DNA from: Camelus dromedarius
Lineage: Eukaryota
Direction of reading: 5' to 3'
Assembly (NCBI RefSeq): GCF_036321535.1
Contig: NC_087437.1
Location: 63,614,001 to 63,678,000 of the forward strand
DNA: 64,000 bases
Positions 13,600 to 27,050 of the stretch are shown here, in pieces. The notes beneath the pieces were generated by a model. It was not told the origin of the DNA and searched no databases. It was given only the letters and a program-made list of their open reading frames with translations. The position numbers and the translations under genes are program-made. Each line of letters starts with the position of its first letter. Positions within the stretch are counted from its first letter, which is position 1.

Positions 13600-14200
13600 T
13601 TAAGTATTCCCTTTCCTTTCTTTAATCTGAATTTAAAATTTTTTTTGATACAATCACATCTAAAAAATAAGAAAAGACACAATGAAAAGTCCCATCCCTA
13701 CCCCTGCCCCCCATTTACCCCGTTCCTACCTCCTCTCACCACCAGTGGTAACCAGTTTTTCTGGTTTTCTTTGTCTCCTTCCAAAGTTTCTTTATGAAAA
13801 TACAAGCATATATTATTTATATGTATATGTAATTCATATTCATATTTTCCCACCTTTTAACCCAGAGATAACTCGCACTCACTATTCTAGACTTGGCTTC
13901 TTTTCGTTCAACAGCTTCTCTTGGAAGGAGTCCTGTATCAGTAGCTAGCGGGCTTGCTCATTCTCCCTGCTCCCTGGCATTTCATCGCACGCACAGACCA
14001 CAGTTTATTCAGTCTTCTTTTGAGAGGGGCTTCGGTGGTTTCCAGGCTGTTGCTTTTGCAAACAAGCAGTGTTTGGAACCTAGTCCGTACATCTTTTCTC
14101 TCATGCCTGTGTATGTCTGTGGGATAAATTCCCAGAAGTGTGGGACTGCTGGATCAAAGGGGATGTGCATTTGAAAGCTTTAGAGATGTTGTGAAATTGC
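13600..14200 (-). mobile_element. Ancient L1M 3' fragment
   Basis: ggtggtttccaggctgttgcttttgcaaac...gtgggataaattcccagaagtgtgggactgctggatcaaagggg. Confidence 0.65.
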
Positions 14201-16840
14201 CTTCAGCATCCTTGAATTGCTCATCCCAAGCCTCAGGCATCTTAGGAATTTGAAGGGGATTCTGTCAAAATCTTGGGGTTCTTTCCCAAGAAAGGTGAGG
14301 CCAGTGAGGCATCCCCAGCTTTACTAGGGACTCTCTCCCCTCACTCTGTGAATATTTTGGTGTGTTTCCCTTCAGTCTATGTTCCTGAGGAAAAGCAGTC
14401 TTGGTTAAAAGCACAGACTTGAGTCTGGTAAACCTCACTTCAATCCCCGCTCTGCCACTTGTTGCACGATCTTGAGTAAGTTACCCAACTGTGCCAGGCT
14501 AGTTAGTTTTATTATCTGTAAAAGGAGGCTATAAACCACCCCATGAATAATGTGAGGATTAGATGGAATAATGCGTGTCAGGCACAGGGCTCTGCAATTG
14601 GAAGTCATTCTTAGGACTGTGATGCAATGACTTTTTTTTTTTGTATCCTGGTTTTTTTTCCACTTAAAATTATTATATAAGCATTTTAACACCCAACTAG
14701 ATGTATGGAACAAATCCTACTGTTCAGGAGACTGGGGGTCAGCTTCTATTACTGTTGAGCTGTGATTTTGTAATTATTAAATCCTTCCAGTGAGAAGAGG
14801 TGTTTGCATTAGGCTCCCTTTTGGTTCTAGAATCCTGCAATTCTGTGGGACTTTTACACAGATTCAAAGAAAATCTCCATTCGTATCTTAGAATCAGTTT
14901 CCAGCCTCAAATTCAAACTGACCTGCCTGCTTCTAGGGAAGATTTAGCCCACTGTCTGTGGCCTCACTCATAATACCCTCATGGTAGCCCGGGGCCGCAG
15001 CTTTTCACATGTATTATAGAATAGGTTGCTTGGTCCAGGCAGTGTGGGCGTGTGGGGACATGTGAAGAAATGTCTTCTCTTTGGGAGTCAAACCTTGAGC
15101 AAGTTCGTGAGAGGGTGCGGGAGGGGTAGGAGGCAATGAAGCCAGGGTAAGGCCAGGCAGCAGCACCAGTGGGCAGAATACCATACTTAGCTTGGAACTG
15201 AGAGTTGGCAAGCTGGATGGAAAATGCTGGGAGAAAACATAAGAAGGCTTCAGCTGGTCTGGCTTTCATCCCTCCACCCCACGCCTCCCCCGTGGACAGG
15301 AGTGTCTTACATGCACAGATGCCAGAGGGTTCTCCTGCACTTGGGTAAGGAGCTTGCCCCTGGATAGGAACTCCACCAAAGAAGGAGGGACAGACTTATA
15401 CTCCATCTGAAACAGACCTGGCCACTGAGGGGGTAAAGGCTGGCTTTCGGCAGTACAATTTGCTATTCTCCTTGTTTGACGGAGAAACTGAGATTAAGAG
15501 AAGGACAGTCCCTGGGCATACAGAAAACTGAAAATGGATTCCAGGGTCCCAGCCTTCAGTTCGGCTGTCTCAGAGCCAGAAGTGGGAATGAATGTGTCTT
15601 CAGCCTTTCTGACTTCTGACCATGGGACAGTCCCCCATCATGTAATAGTGTTGCTCTGGTACAAGGGTTCCCTGCAGGCTTCTGGCCTAGAGTCAAGGCT
15701 GCTCCTTTGGGGACATTCCTCATGTGGTGGTGGGACCCTGAGCACTGAAGCAGATGTTCAGTTTAGGCTGAGTCATCCATCATCTGTCTCACCTTTGTGC
15801 TGCCATTAGCAAAATTTATCAAAAAATATCCAGCTAGCCCCTGTGAGACAAGGAGTGGAGGGTCTGAGTGTGGAATCCCCTTAATGGTCATTCTTCTTGC
15901 TGCCAATGAGGGCTGGCCAGTGCCTACAGTTAGGGGGTGAATTTGATGGGTCCCTTGGGATGAGGTTACCTTGGGCATAGGTGTTCATTTATTCCTTCAC
16001 TTACTCACTGTTAATTAATTAATTTATTTTTAATTTATTTTTTAAACACCTTTATTGTGGCATAATTCCTGTACAGTAATCACTGTTAATTTATTAAGCA
16101 CATGCCTTCTGGCCCAGTTTTGGCCATTGGCTTTATCCCGTATCTGTGAGTGGCAGCTTCTTTGCACCCACAGTCTTCAGCGTTTTGAAACATACATTAA
16201 TTCTGTTTGTGTGACCCTTCCATCCTAGAAAATGAACACAGGAACAGCCTTCAAAATATATTAAATAGATTTGAATAGGTTTGAACCTATTTGAACCTCT
16301 GTTGAACAAGTTACCTCTAGAAGTACAGCAGTAGTTATCTCCATGGCTGGGATTTCTGCCACTCATTGCCTCAGACGTTCCCAAGGGCACTGAAAAAAAA
16401 ATGGTTGCTTGCTTTTTTCAGAATATTTTAAATTTAAAACCAAACACTTGGGGGCACCTTGCCTGTGCCAGATATTGCCAGGTGTAGATAAGTGTCCAGA
16501 GATGAGCCAGACCTTTTCCAGACATGCTCACAAACAACTTTAAGGCAAGGTAGACTTGATACAGAAAGTGCGGAGACAAGGCTGTGGGAACCCAGGCAGG
16601 GATAGATCATATGGTGAAATCAGGAATGATTTCTCAGAGGACATGAATTTCAGCTGGCCTCTCAGGGGCGGTAACTGAGTTAGCCAATATTTGTCAAATT
16701 TGTCTGATGTTAAGAATGATCTGGGGTACTTGTTAAAAATATGGCTCACAGACCCTTCCAAAATTTTCTAAATCAAAATCTCTAGGGGAGGAGCTTGGGA
16801 GTCTATGTTTTCAACAAGAGACCCCACTGGTTCTTCAAAA

Positions 16841-17206
<366 letters not shown>

Positions 17207-17214
17207 ATAATTAA

Positions 17215-17400
17215 CATTATTGAGTAATTACTATGTGCCAGGCTCTTTTCTAAGCACTTTACCTGTATTAACTCACTCAGTCTTCCCAGCAGTCCTATGA
17301 AGTGGTGCTGATTTTATCTGCACCTTACAGGTGAGGAAACTGGGGCTCAGAGATGTTAAGAATGTCCTGAGACCTGGGAACGGGGTTTAGAATTTGACTG
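17215..17400 (-). mobile_element. MIR SINE
   Basis: aacattattgagtaattactatgtgccaggc...ttacaggtgaggaaactggggctcagagatgttaag. Confidence 0.8.
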
Positions 17401-18880
17401 GGAGCCGCGTGGAGAGCAGTAGGGTTGGCGGCTTGAGGACAGGGGCGCCACCTGCTGACCACCCAGGGCCTTCCTTCTCAGTTGGTTCTAAAGCGTCAGT
17501 TCCAGCACCTCTCAGCGGCCACTGGCACAGACTGCCCTTTCCCAGCTCAGCCCTCCCAGAAGTGAAAGTGTTTGTCATTTGTCCTGTGGTGATGGAGGCC
17601 TACAGAGGCTGTGCTGTGCCTGGCCCCATGGTGCATCTCTCAGGGGTTGGTAACAAGATCCACTTGGTCCGCTGCAGGTTGTCAGCTGATAATTAATGTG
17701 TGCTGAGTACCTGCTGTGTGTCAGGCACGATGCTGACACTCACTCCTAACTACTATGATGTAGGGACAGGTGAGGAAACTGGGCCTCAGAAAGGTTAAGT
17801 AACTTGCACAACATCACACAGAGACAGGATTCAAACTTAGCTCTTCCCCTTCTTCCTGATGGCTCCCCTTAGAAGAGGGCAGGCCCAGAACAAAGCCCAT
17901 CCAGACTTGTTCAGCTGGTGGATCTACAGGCTGTTATAAGAAAGAGCTTACTGATGTCTGAATGCTGCATGAGTTACCAAGGAGATACTTTAAACTTCCT
18001 GCACAGTGAGCAAGGAAGGTGGGTCAGAGGGCTGGGACTGGGGAGCAGAAAGGATCCTGTGACCCAGGTGGTGAGGCCGTGCATTTGCACTGAAGGGTAG
18101 TGTGCTGGCTGGCTGTTGCCTCTGGGCCAATCCTTAGCAAGAGATGCCCAGTGGGCCCCAGAACCACCATGGCCAGTATCCAAATTCTATCCAGACAAGA
18201 AGGATGTATAGCTACACTCCCAGCCTGGGCAGGGGAGCAGGCAAGACAAGTTTGTTATGGCTGGAAGGAGTAAACTGGTGCTACAGGCCTAGCCGGAGGA
18301 AGCAAACTGACCACAACTGTCAGTATAATAGGTTACAGCCAATGACACAGAAAATGTGCTGAGGCTCCTTATTATTGAAGATACTCTTCTGTTTCTGGCT
18401 ATGCAAAACAGATGCTCATGGGTACTGTATTTTTAAGCTTTGATTCTTTATGACTAGAAGACATGGCTGGTGTACAGGATGATCCCTTACATCTATAGTC
18501 ATTTGGGGGAGAGAGGCTGCCGGGCAGTTGCCCTTGTTGCTAAGGAGATCGTGTCTGGATCTCTCAGTTCATGACCACCTCTGAAACAGCCCAACCCAGA
18601 TGCTTCCCTGAATCCCCTCAAAGCTTAGTGGGCACAGGCAGAGTCCCCCAAGCAGGAAACCAGGAGGCCTGAGCCCTCCTCACACAATGAAAGACCAGCG
18701 TAACGGGGCAGTGGCCTGGGACTCAGGAAGCTTCAGGAAGTGCCGGGCACCCCCATATCCTGGGCTTTGTTGCCCTGCCTGTGATACCCGCCTACATACA
18801 ACAGCCTGCCCTCGGCCAGACTCCCTGCCCGCCCAGGCTCCCTGATCTTGCGGTCTGAGCGCCCCCTTCTGTCCACACAG

Positions 18881-19098
18881 CGTGTCTGGGGGTGAGCTGT
18901 TCGAGCGCATCATCGATGAGGACTTTGAGCTGACTGAGCGCGAATGCATCAAGTACATGAGGCAGATCTCAGAGGGGGTGGAGTACATCCACAAGCAGGG
19001 CATCGTCCACCTGGACCTCAAGCCTGAGAACATCATGTGTGTCAACAAGACAGGCGCCAGGATCAAGCTCATCGACTTCGGTCTGGCCAGGAGGCTGG
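18881..19098 (+). CDS. MYLK: MYLK kinase exon: catalytic loop and DFG
   Basis: acacag|C GTG TCT GGG...VSGGELFERIIDEDFELTE...HLDLKPENIMCVNKTGARIKLIDFGLARRL, ends G|gtaagg. Confidence 0.98.
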
Positions 19099-19229
19099 GT
19101 AAGGCCAGTCCACCTCTGTTGTCACCCTCGGGTGGCGGCAGGGGCTGTGCTGTTTGTGGTTCGCACACTGGGTGCCAGAGGGAATGCACTGGATTAGAGC
19201 AAAGATCGGAGACCGTGGAGACTGCCTCT

Positions 19230-19640
19230 CCCACTCACCAGCTGTGTGAACCTGCGTCTCAAATTTCTTACCTGTAAAATGGGAGAGTAGCAGTACCCAT
19301 CTCATAGAGTTGGCAGGGGGATCAAAGGAGTTAATATAGATAGGTGGAGTGAAGAGAGCAGTGCCTTGTACATAGTAAGTACTACGTAGGTGTTAGCTAC
19401 TTATTATTATTGTTGTTGTTGTTGTTATTATTATTTTCACTCTGGTGCCTTCAGCAACAAAACATTTTGATGACGGTTTCTCCTCGCATTTGCATTCTAT
19501 TATAGCTTCCAGAGCACTGTCACATACTTTCACTTACTTGATTCTCACAGCAACCCCGGGAGGTAGGCAGGGCAGAGTTATGAGCCCCAGTTTCTAGACC
19601 AGGAAACTGAGGCTTACAGTAGCTTTGGCCACTAAGTCCC
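19230..19640. mobile_element. Two MIR SINEs in opposite orientations
   Basis: ctgtaaaatgggagagtagcagtacccatctcatagagtt (+); ctcacagcaaccccgggaggtaggc...gaaactgaggc (-). Confidence 0.7.
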
Positions 19641-21097
19641 ACCATGGGTGGAATCAGGACCTGGGGCCCCTTCCGGGTTCTCTGAAGCATCTCCGCTGTT
19701 CCTGCACTTGCAGGGGGCAGGGTGTGATGGAGAAGGCGGCTGGGGCTTCGTTCCCAGCCCTGGAGTCATTTTGGTGGGTGATCGTCTGCCTCACACACTG
19801 CCTACATCCACCCGCCCATGTGGCTCTTGGGGTGTCTCAGTTACTGAGGAAACGACCTCACCCTCCACCTCCTGACGACTGCCCTGCCAACAAGGGTCCC
19901 GAGGGCTGGCACGAGCTGGCCTTTCTTTCACTGCCCAGCGGGGAGCGAATGCCCCTGGTAAATCTCCCCCCAGGACACCCCATCCTGGTTGAGACCAAGT
20001 GTGCCATAAGGAGGAAGGTGAGGGAGTGAGGTCCTGCTAGGCCACAGCTTGCCTGGTGGTCGCACCCGGATGCTGAGGAAGACACCTGCCTACTCTCTCC
20101 TGCTGGAGGCCTGGTGTGGGGGCAACAGCTGGTTTTCAGGGCCTGCCTCATGCAGGAACCTCTGACAGTTCAAACAGCAGGGCACCGCCAGCCTCAGGAG
20201 CTGACGGCGTCGGAGCCTAAGGAACACAACACACAGGCTCCCTTGGTGAGAGGCTGTGTGGGGACAGTGGTGTCCACGAGACACCAGAGAACGTGAGGGT
20301 TCACATGGAGCAGGAAGGGCTCAGGTTAGAGTGGTAGCAGAGTGTCCACGTCTGATGGTGTTAAAAGCTTTGTCTTAGGACATTTGCTGTGGACTCTGTA
20401 GGTAAACAAGACCAGATGCACCCCACAGGCCAAAGGTGTACACCCCCTTCGCTGATGGCATCCTCCGGGAGCTGGTACCTATGTGCAAACTGCTCCACAT
20501 CTTTGGTCCTTTATGGCTCAGAGGCACCACAATGGGGTTAAGATTTTCCCCGACTAACCTCCCAGCAGCTCCTGGGAGGCGAGACGTGAGGGTACACGTG
20601 GAGAGGCGGTGGAGTGGAGTTGGTAGAACCAGGCTCAGGATTCGGACCACCTGGGTTTAGGTCCTGACCTCCATTAACTGGGTGGGCAAATCACTCCACT
20701 TCCCTGGGCCTCCATTTCCTCCTCAGGGGGGTGAGGCTAATCCTCCCACTTAGGGCCAGCATGAGTATTAAATAGGAAAGTCCTTGTAAAGCAGGCAGCA
20801 GGGTACATAGGACATAATGAATGGGAAGATCACTGTCAAGCACAAGTCACAGTCCCCACCTCAGGGAACTCATGGGAGAGACACACAGGGAAGGCCGTTT
20901 GGGGCAGGGCTGTAAGGGACTCTCCCCCCACCCCCGACCGCACCCGAGACATTTGAGGTGAGCATGAGGTGTGGCGATGCACTTGTTCCACGAGGAGGCT
21001 GTCCTTCAAGAGAAGAGCAGCTGAGGGCCAGTCTTGCCTGTGTCCCGCCTGGGCGTCTGCTCACCTCAGGTTGGCTCGGGGATGTTCTGGTGATTGA

Positions 21098-21244
<147 letters not shown>

Positions 21245-22089
21245 TGAGTCTCGGGCATGCGGAGAAGGGTCCCCAGGCTGCCCTGACATTGAAGGGGCCA
21301 GGGCGGGTCCTGATGGGGAGCCCACCGGAGGCAGAGAATGGCAGTCTCCCACCCCTTCCCCGCTGCCCTTCCTTGCTCCTGTGCTCCCGGTGACGTTTCC
21401 AGCCCAATGTCACACTTCTGTAGGAGTGTCCAGCTCCACACACCAAGATCCCCATTCTGGACCCCTTACCATCCCTGACGCCTTCCAGCCTGGGGCCTTT
21501 GATCAGAAGGGCAAGAATGTGGCTCTTACGTGTGATTTACCTTTACTTGTGTTCGTGGGTCTAGAGAGAAACCTCTCCTGGCTGCCTCAGGCTGGGTGGT
21601 GCTCATGCCGGGTCTTCCCCCGGGAGAGACACCTGACTCTTGAGAGACAGTCTTTGGTCAACGCCCTCTGTTCAGACGCAGCTGCCCTATGCACTGGCAT
21701 GGTCCCTGGGTCCCCCTGTAGCCATCAAGGAGACTCGCCTTACTGTGTCCATTGGCTTTCCCACTGCGGTAGGATAGGAATTATAGCGGCCACGGATGTT
21801 CACGTGAGTTCTTGTTTGAGCCTCAGAACAAACCTGGGAGTGGGGTGTGGCAGGGATTCACTCTTCATTTGGCACTGAAGTCTCTGGGATCAGGGAAGCC
21901 CATGTGGCCGCCCACTTCCTACAGTCCCAGAGGGTGACTAGCTGTCCCAGCCCATCCAGCACTGACGGGTTTCCCAGGATATGAGACTTTCAGGGCTGAA
22001 GTGAGGATCATCCTGGACAAACTAGGGCAACTGGTCTCCCTCTGGGTCAGGGTCAGAGCAGTGTCTAGACACTCAGTGAATCTGCACAG

Positions 22090-22505
22090 TGATCACACCT
22101 TTACCCAGACCAGAAACCACACACTACCTGGCCCACAGTGCCCAGCTCAGGTTACTGCCCCAGGGGTAACCATATCCCCGTTCTGATGTCATGCACCATG
22201 TTCGCCTGTTCTTGAACTTTATATAAACGAAATCATACAGGAGGACGTGTCTGACTTCTTTTGCTCCATATTGTTTGTGAGCCCCATTCATATCACTGTG
22301 TGTGGTTGTAGGCTGTTCATTCTCAGTGCTGTGTAGTGTTCCACTGTGTGACCATCACCCAGGTTATTGATCCATTCTGCGTTGATGGGCTTTTGACTAG
22401 ATTCCAGTTTAGGGTATTGTGAGTATTCTGGTGCACGTGTTTCAGTGAATATCTTTATGCATTTCTGTTGGCTGTATAATCTAGAACTAGAATTACTGGG
22501 TCATA
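22090..22505 (-). mobile_element. Ancient L1M 3' fragment
   Basis: cctgttcttgaactttatataaacgaaatcatacag...ccattctgcgttgatggg...ctagaactagaattactgggtcata. Confidence 0.7.
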
Positions 22506-24554
22506 AAAGCACTTTATTTTAAAATAAAAATTCTTTTAGGTGGAGGAACATAGTAATTTGGATAGCATGTTACATTGTTCGCTAGATTACTTTTATGGCT
22601 AAGACCTAGAAATAGGGAAGGGCATTTTGAAATGGAGAGAAAATACTTTTGATGCATGGGGCACCAGCTTGAAGGCATCTGGACAGGGATGTGAGAACAG
22701 GGGAGAGGTGTGTGTGGGAGGCAGGTGAGCAGCAGGCGTGACAGAAACGGGTCAGCCCTGCGCAGCCTCTCCAGTGTCCTGGCTCCTGCGCCCACCACTG
22801 TGGGCTGATCTGCCCTCTGAGACTTTTCCCACTGCTCTTACAGTGGGGATTGAGATCTGGGAGTCCCCCTCCCTAAGCAGGGCTCTCAGCAGAGCATGTG
22901 GTGTGAAAAACAGAAGTCGGAACCAGGTAGTTGCTTCCTCTCAGCCCCTGCTGTGCAGAATTCTGGGGCCACTGCTGGAAGCCCCCTGCACCCTCTGTCC
23001 CTCTCTTTGGAGCTTGGCTGTCTGTCTGGCAGTCCTTGTCAGGGCCACCTTCTGTGTTTGTACCAGAGGACCCCCCCATCTCCTTTGTGGGGCCAGTGAG
23101 AGATGGAGAGTTGGGGGTACAGGTGATAGCAGATTTATCACTCAGCACATATTTAGTGAGCACCTCCTAAGCGACCAGCTTTGTCCCGTAGGTTGTTCTG
23201 ACTTTGCTGAAGGAACTCCTTCTCAAACCCTCAGAGAGATCAGGGCAGATCCTGTCCTGGCTCCAGAGACCTGGCCCCACTGCCCGCCCGGGTTTCCCAC
23301 ACAGGGCAGAGATGCAGCAGGCAGGGTGGTGGGGCCCCTACCCTCTCACCCCGATTCTGAAGGGAGATAGATTTCATGACTCTGCTGGAGACTCCTGGTG
23401 TTTGCACTCCCCATTTGGTTTCTGGCAGGAGGAGAGAGGATGGGGCACTCCAGGCCACACTTCAGTGCAATTGTGAAGACATTCTAAGCCCCACCTCCTT
23501 TTCTATCTCCCTCCCCCCATTTCCTGAGGACTTGGTGTTCCCTTACTGCCTGTGGGGACACCAGAACCCTTCTTTGTGCCCTTCCCTCAGCCCTGCTCCA
23601 GAATTCCTTCTCTCTCTCCCTTCTCCCAAGCCTCCTCGCCTATACTTTCTCCTCCCTACCATCTCCCTGCTGGACTCAGCAGCAGACTTCCCATTTCAGC
23701 TCATTTGTGAGCGTGCACCATGGTCCAGAGAGCCAGGGCCATCCCCATCTGGAGTCTCCTTCTGGGGACAGCATCTCCATGAGCTGGGGATAAGTCCCAA
23801 TGCCCAAGCATCAGGGCCCTAGTCTACTCGGGTTTGGAGTCTACACAGCTTTTCAGAGGGGTCTGGTAGCTCCACCCAGGGCTGCCCCTGCCCTCTCAGC
23901 TGCTGAGCCCAGACATTCTCTCTGATTCCAGCTCCTGCTACCTCCAGGCACCCTACACCCACACCAGGCCCAGGCACCACCTGCAGGGACTTGGGCTTTG
24001 GTTAACATGACTGAACCCTGAATCTGTTTCCCAGGTCACTGCCCAAACAATACCCAGCTCTTCCTGTGGGACCTGCCCAGCCCTCTCAATCTTCCCACCA
24101 CACCAGGGAATGAATATCTCAAGGCTAAAATGGGGTAAATGACTAACCCCTTCCTAAGCCTTCAGTAGTTCTGCTGGCAGATGTGTGGTCCCCTTTGCTG
24201 GCCGTTCATGCCATGGGGTCATCTGCTGCTTGAAAAACACTATAGAGAAAGTGTAGTCCAAAAGGCACTTCTGCCTTCTCTCTCCTGATGTTCTGTCCTG
24301 CAAGGAGAACAGGCCCCTGCGTCTGATTCCCTGGTGAGGTTAGGCTGCAGTAAGAGACTAAGAGTTAAGAAATTTGAACACCTTGCAGCCATTCCCTTTG
24401 TGACTCATCAGCACAAAGACCAACATCTGACCATTAAAAATTAACATGAAGTCTGTATACACTTGTGAAAGACAATGTCAAGCGAAGAAAAAGAGCATCC
24501 AAGAACTTGCCCACACTGATTACAATTTTGTAAAAAGAGACACAAAATTGGTTA

Positions 24555-25043
24555 TTTGGGGAAGGAAAAAACTTTCCTCTGCTTTCCTAGGTTCAGTACT
24601 TGGGGGCCTGCAAATCAAACTGACAGAAGATAGATTAATGAAAACAGATTTCATTATGGACGTGTGCATAGGAATTCACAAAGAAATGTGACTCAAGGCA
24701 CATTTAAAATTTGGGTCTTACTATTTTAACAAATAGAGATAAATTGTACAGAAATAACTAGAGAAAGGAAAAGGGGTTTGGAGCTTCTGGAGGGGGCAAA
24801 TTGTGATAAGATGACTGGGAAATGTAGGCTAAATAGAGACTGTTTAGCCTGGTTTGATATGCAGGTGAGCCTTTTTCTCCTTCCTGGTAAGAGAATGGAC
24901 AAATGGAAAAAATGGAACTTTATGTCACCTTAACAAAGAGAAATTTCTGTCCTTTGGGAGGGCAAAGAGTTAACTGCCTTCAGTTCAAGACAATCCTTAT
25001 GCCCAAGTTCATATTTTGGGGTGGTATACACTGATCCCCTTCA
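24555..25043 (-). mobile_element. MER34-like ERV1 solo LTR
   Basis: Reverse strand starts TGAAGGGGATCAGTGTATACCACCCCAAAATATG; 4-bp TSD GTTA at 24551-24554 and 25044-25047. Confidence 0.75.
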
Positions 25044-25136
25044 GTTAAAAACTAGGTAAGACTAGGAAAAGAGGTGAATAGTCACGTTTTTAATGCTAAG
25101 GTTAGTATGTTTGTTGATTGAGTTGAACAACCCAAC

Positions 25137-25837
25137 TGATGCAGGAAAAACGATGTGGGGCATGAGGAGGGCCATGTCCCAGGCTTCGGTTGAGCCCCTG
25201 GGACGTGCCCCACCAAGTGTGTGTCCTTGGCTTCACGCAGGAATGAATTCAAGAGCGAGCCACAGTTGAGTAAAGGTAGATTGATTTAGAGATACGTCAA
25301 AAGGTGAGAGAAAGGCCACGAGGTGTGGGGTTTGGGGGCTCAGATTAGAGTAAAAGTAGGTACACACTCCATAGACAGAGGAGGGGCCGTCTCTGAAGAG
25401 GGAGAGAGAGGGAGCTGCGGCCTTGGGACTGTGATGGTGCCCGTGGGCTTGTTATTCACCATGTTAATATATTACAGTTGGCGTACCACAAAGCGCAGTG
25501 TTGCCAGTTTTTATGGGCTCAGTGGCTTCATATGCTAATAAGTGGAAGGACTAGTCTAACTAGCCTGGGGAAGGGGCTGGGATTCCCAGGAAGTTGGCCA
25601 TTTCCCACTCTTTGACCTCTTGTGGCTAGCCTTGGGACTGTCATGGCGCCTGTGGGCATGTTATTCACTATGTTAATATATTACAACACCCGTATAATGA
25701 AGCTAACAGTCTGCTAGAAGTCAGATCTCCCTCCATCTTGAGCCTTAAGCCCTGCTAGGGGTTGAATCTTTCACCATTCTGGTGTTAATTGCTGTGTTAT
25801 TCCTTTAATGGCTGTGCCCTGTCCCCTCCCTGTCTCA
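25137..25837 (-). mobile_element. ERV1-class solo LTR, 701 bp
   Basis: TG...CA termini (tgatgcagg...ctgtctca), perfect 4-bp TSD CAAC (25133-25136, 25838-25841), CpGs retained. Confidence 0.85.
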
Positions 25838-26904
25838 CAACCATACGGCATAGTTAGGCAAATTCTAACAATAAAGTCCAAAAAAGAAAGTTTTTTAAAA
25901 AATTCTGCAAAATCCTACTACCAAGAAACTAAAATTTGAACAGTGTCTTCATTATTGTGCTCTGCGTATTTTGCAACTTTTGTTTTAGAGATGTACTCTT
26001 TATCAGGGGGAGGCTAGGGGCGCTCAGGCAGGAGAGGAGGCTCGGGGTATTTGAGATGAATGGGCTGCCAGGAAGGAGGACTGCCAGAGGCCAGAGGCGA
26101 GGAGGCTCTCCCCAGCCTACCGAACATCACAGAGATTAAGCCCTATCTTTGCAGGATTACAGTTCCTAATTAGGAAAGGAGGTTTACAGAAGGAGACCTT
26201 TCAGCATTCCACAGCAGGGTTGTTTGCTTTTCCTGCAATCTTTCAGAATGCTGCAGGATGTTCCCCCTGGGTTTCAAGTGGAAAATGCAAAGACAGAAGG
26301 AAGCATGTAGCTGACAAGCAAGAGTCAGGCTGCTTCTTGATGGGACTAGGAAAGAGACGGGAAAGCTGGGAGCCCCTAGGAATTCTAGCCCAGCACCCTT
26401 GGTGTATGAGGGGACACCAAGGCCCAGAGAGGGGAAAGGAGTAGCATTTAACAGCACAGACTCAGGACTGGTAAGGTCCCACCCTCCCCTCATTGTGCTG
26501 TGACTGACTGAGAATGATTATCTCTACGCCTTCTCAAAACATAAATCGGCATCTTGCTTTAACGCACTTCAATGTCATCTACAAAATCCTATGACTCAAA
26601 AGCACAAATACGTTGATTATGGTGAGGTAATTCACACTGAAAAAGCTTTTTTTTTTTAATGAAGATTTTCACGAGGGCATCCCTCCCCATGGCAAGGTTT
26701 CCTTGCAATACTTCAGTGGATTTTGTTTTCCAAAACTTAGTTTCCAGGGACAGGGTGGATGTCATAAGCAGAGGCCTCTTGAATGTCAAAACAGCTCCTG
26801 AAGGGTTTGCATTACTGTTTATGATGATGGATTTGGGGAAAGGGATGTGAGTGATGTGAAACCTTAACTTGGAAGGTCAATGGCATGAGGGCCCTAGATC
26901 CAAC

Positions 26905-27050
26905 TCGTGGGGCTCAGGTGGGGACAGGGCCCAGTGCAAAATTAAAAGGTGGGGTGACTTGTGCAAACATTATTAAGAATTTCAAGATGATGGCAGCAGA
27001 GCATTAAACCAAGAGTAGGGTCCTTCTAACACCCATGAGGCGTGCCCTAG
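26905..27050. mobile_element. MER53-like hAT DNA transposon fragment
   Basis: gggcccagtgcaaaattaaaa...aagaatttcaagatgatggcagcagagcattaaaccaag. Confidence 0.7.

Noticed and set aside
18680..19234. 184-aa minus-strand ORF (also 12506-12874, 28295-28570)
   Set aside because: Antisense shadows of GC3-rich MYLK kinase exons.
22738..23822. 210-aa and 148-aa intronic ORFs
   Set aside because: GC-rich intron where long chance ORFs occur in several frames; Pro/Ser/Leu-biased, no exon boundaries.
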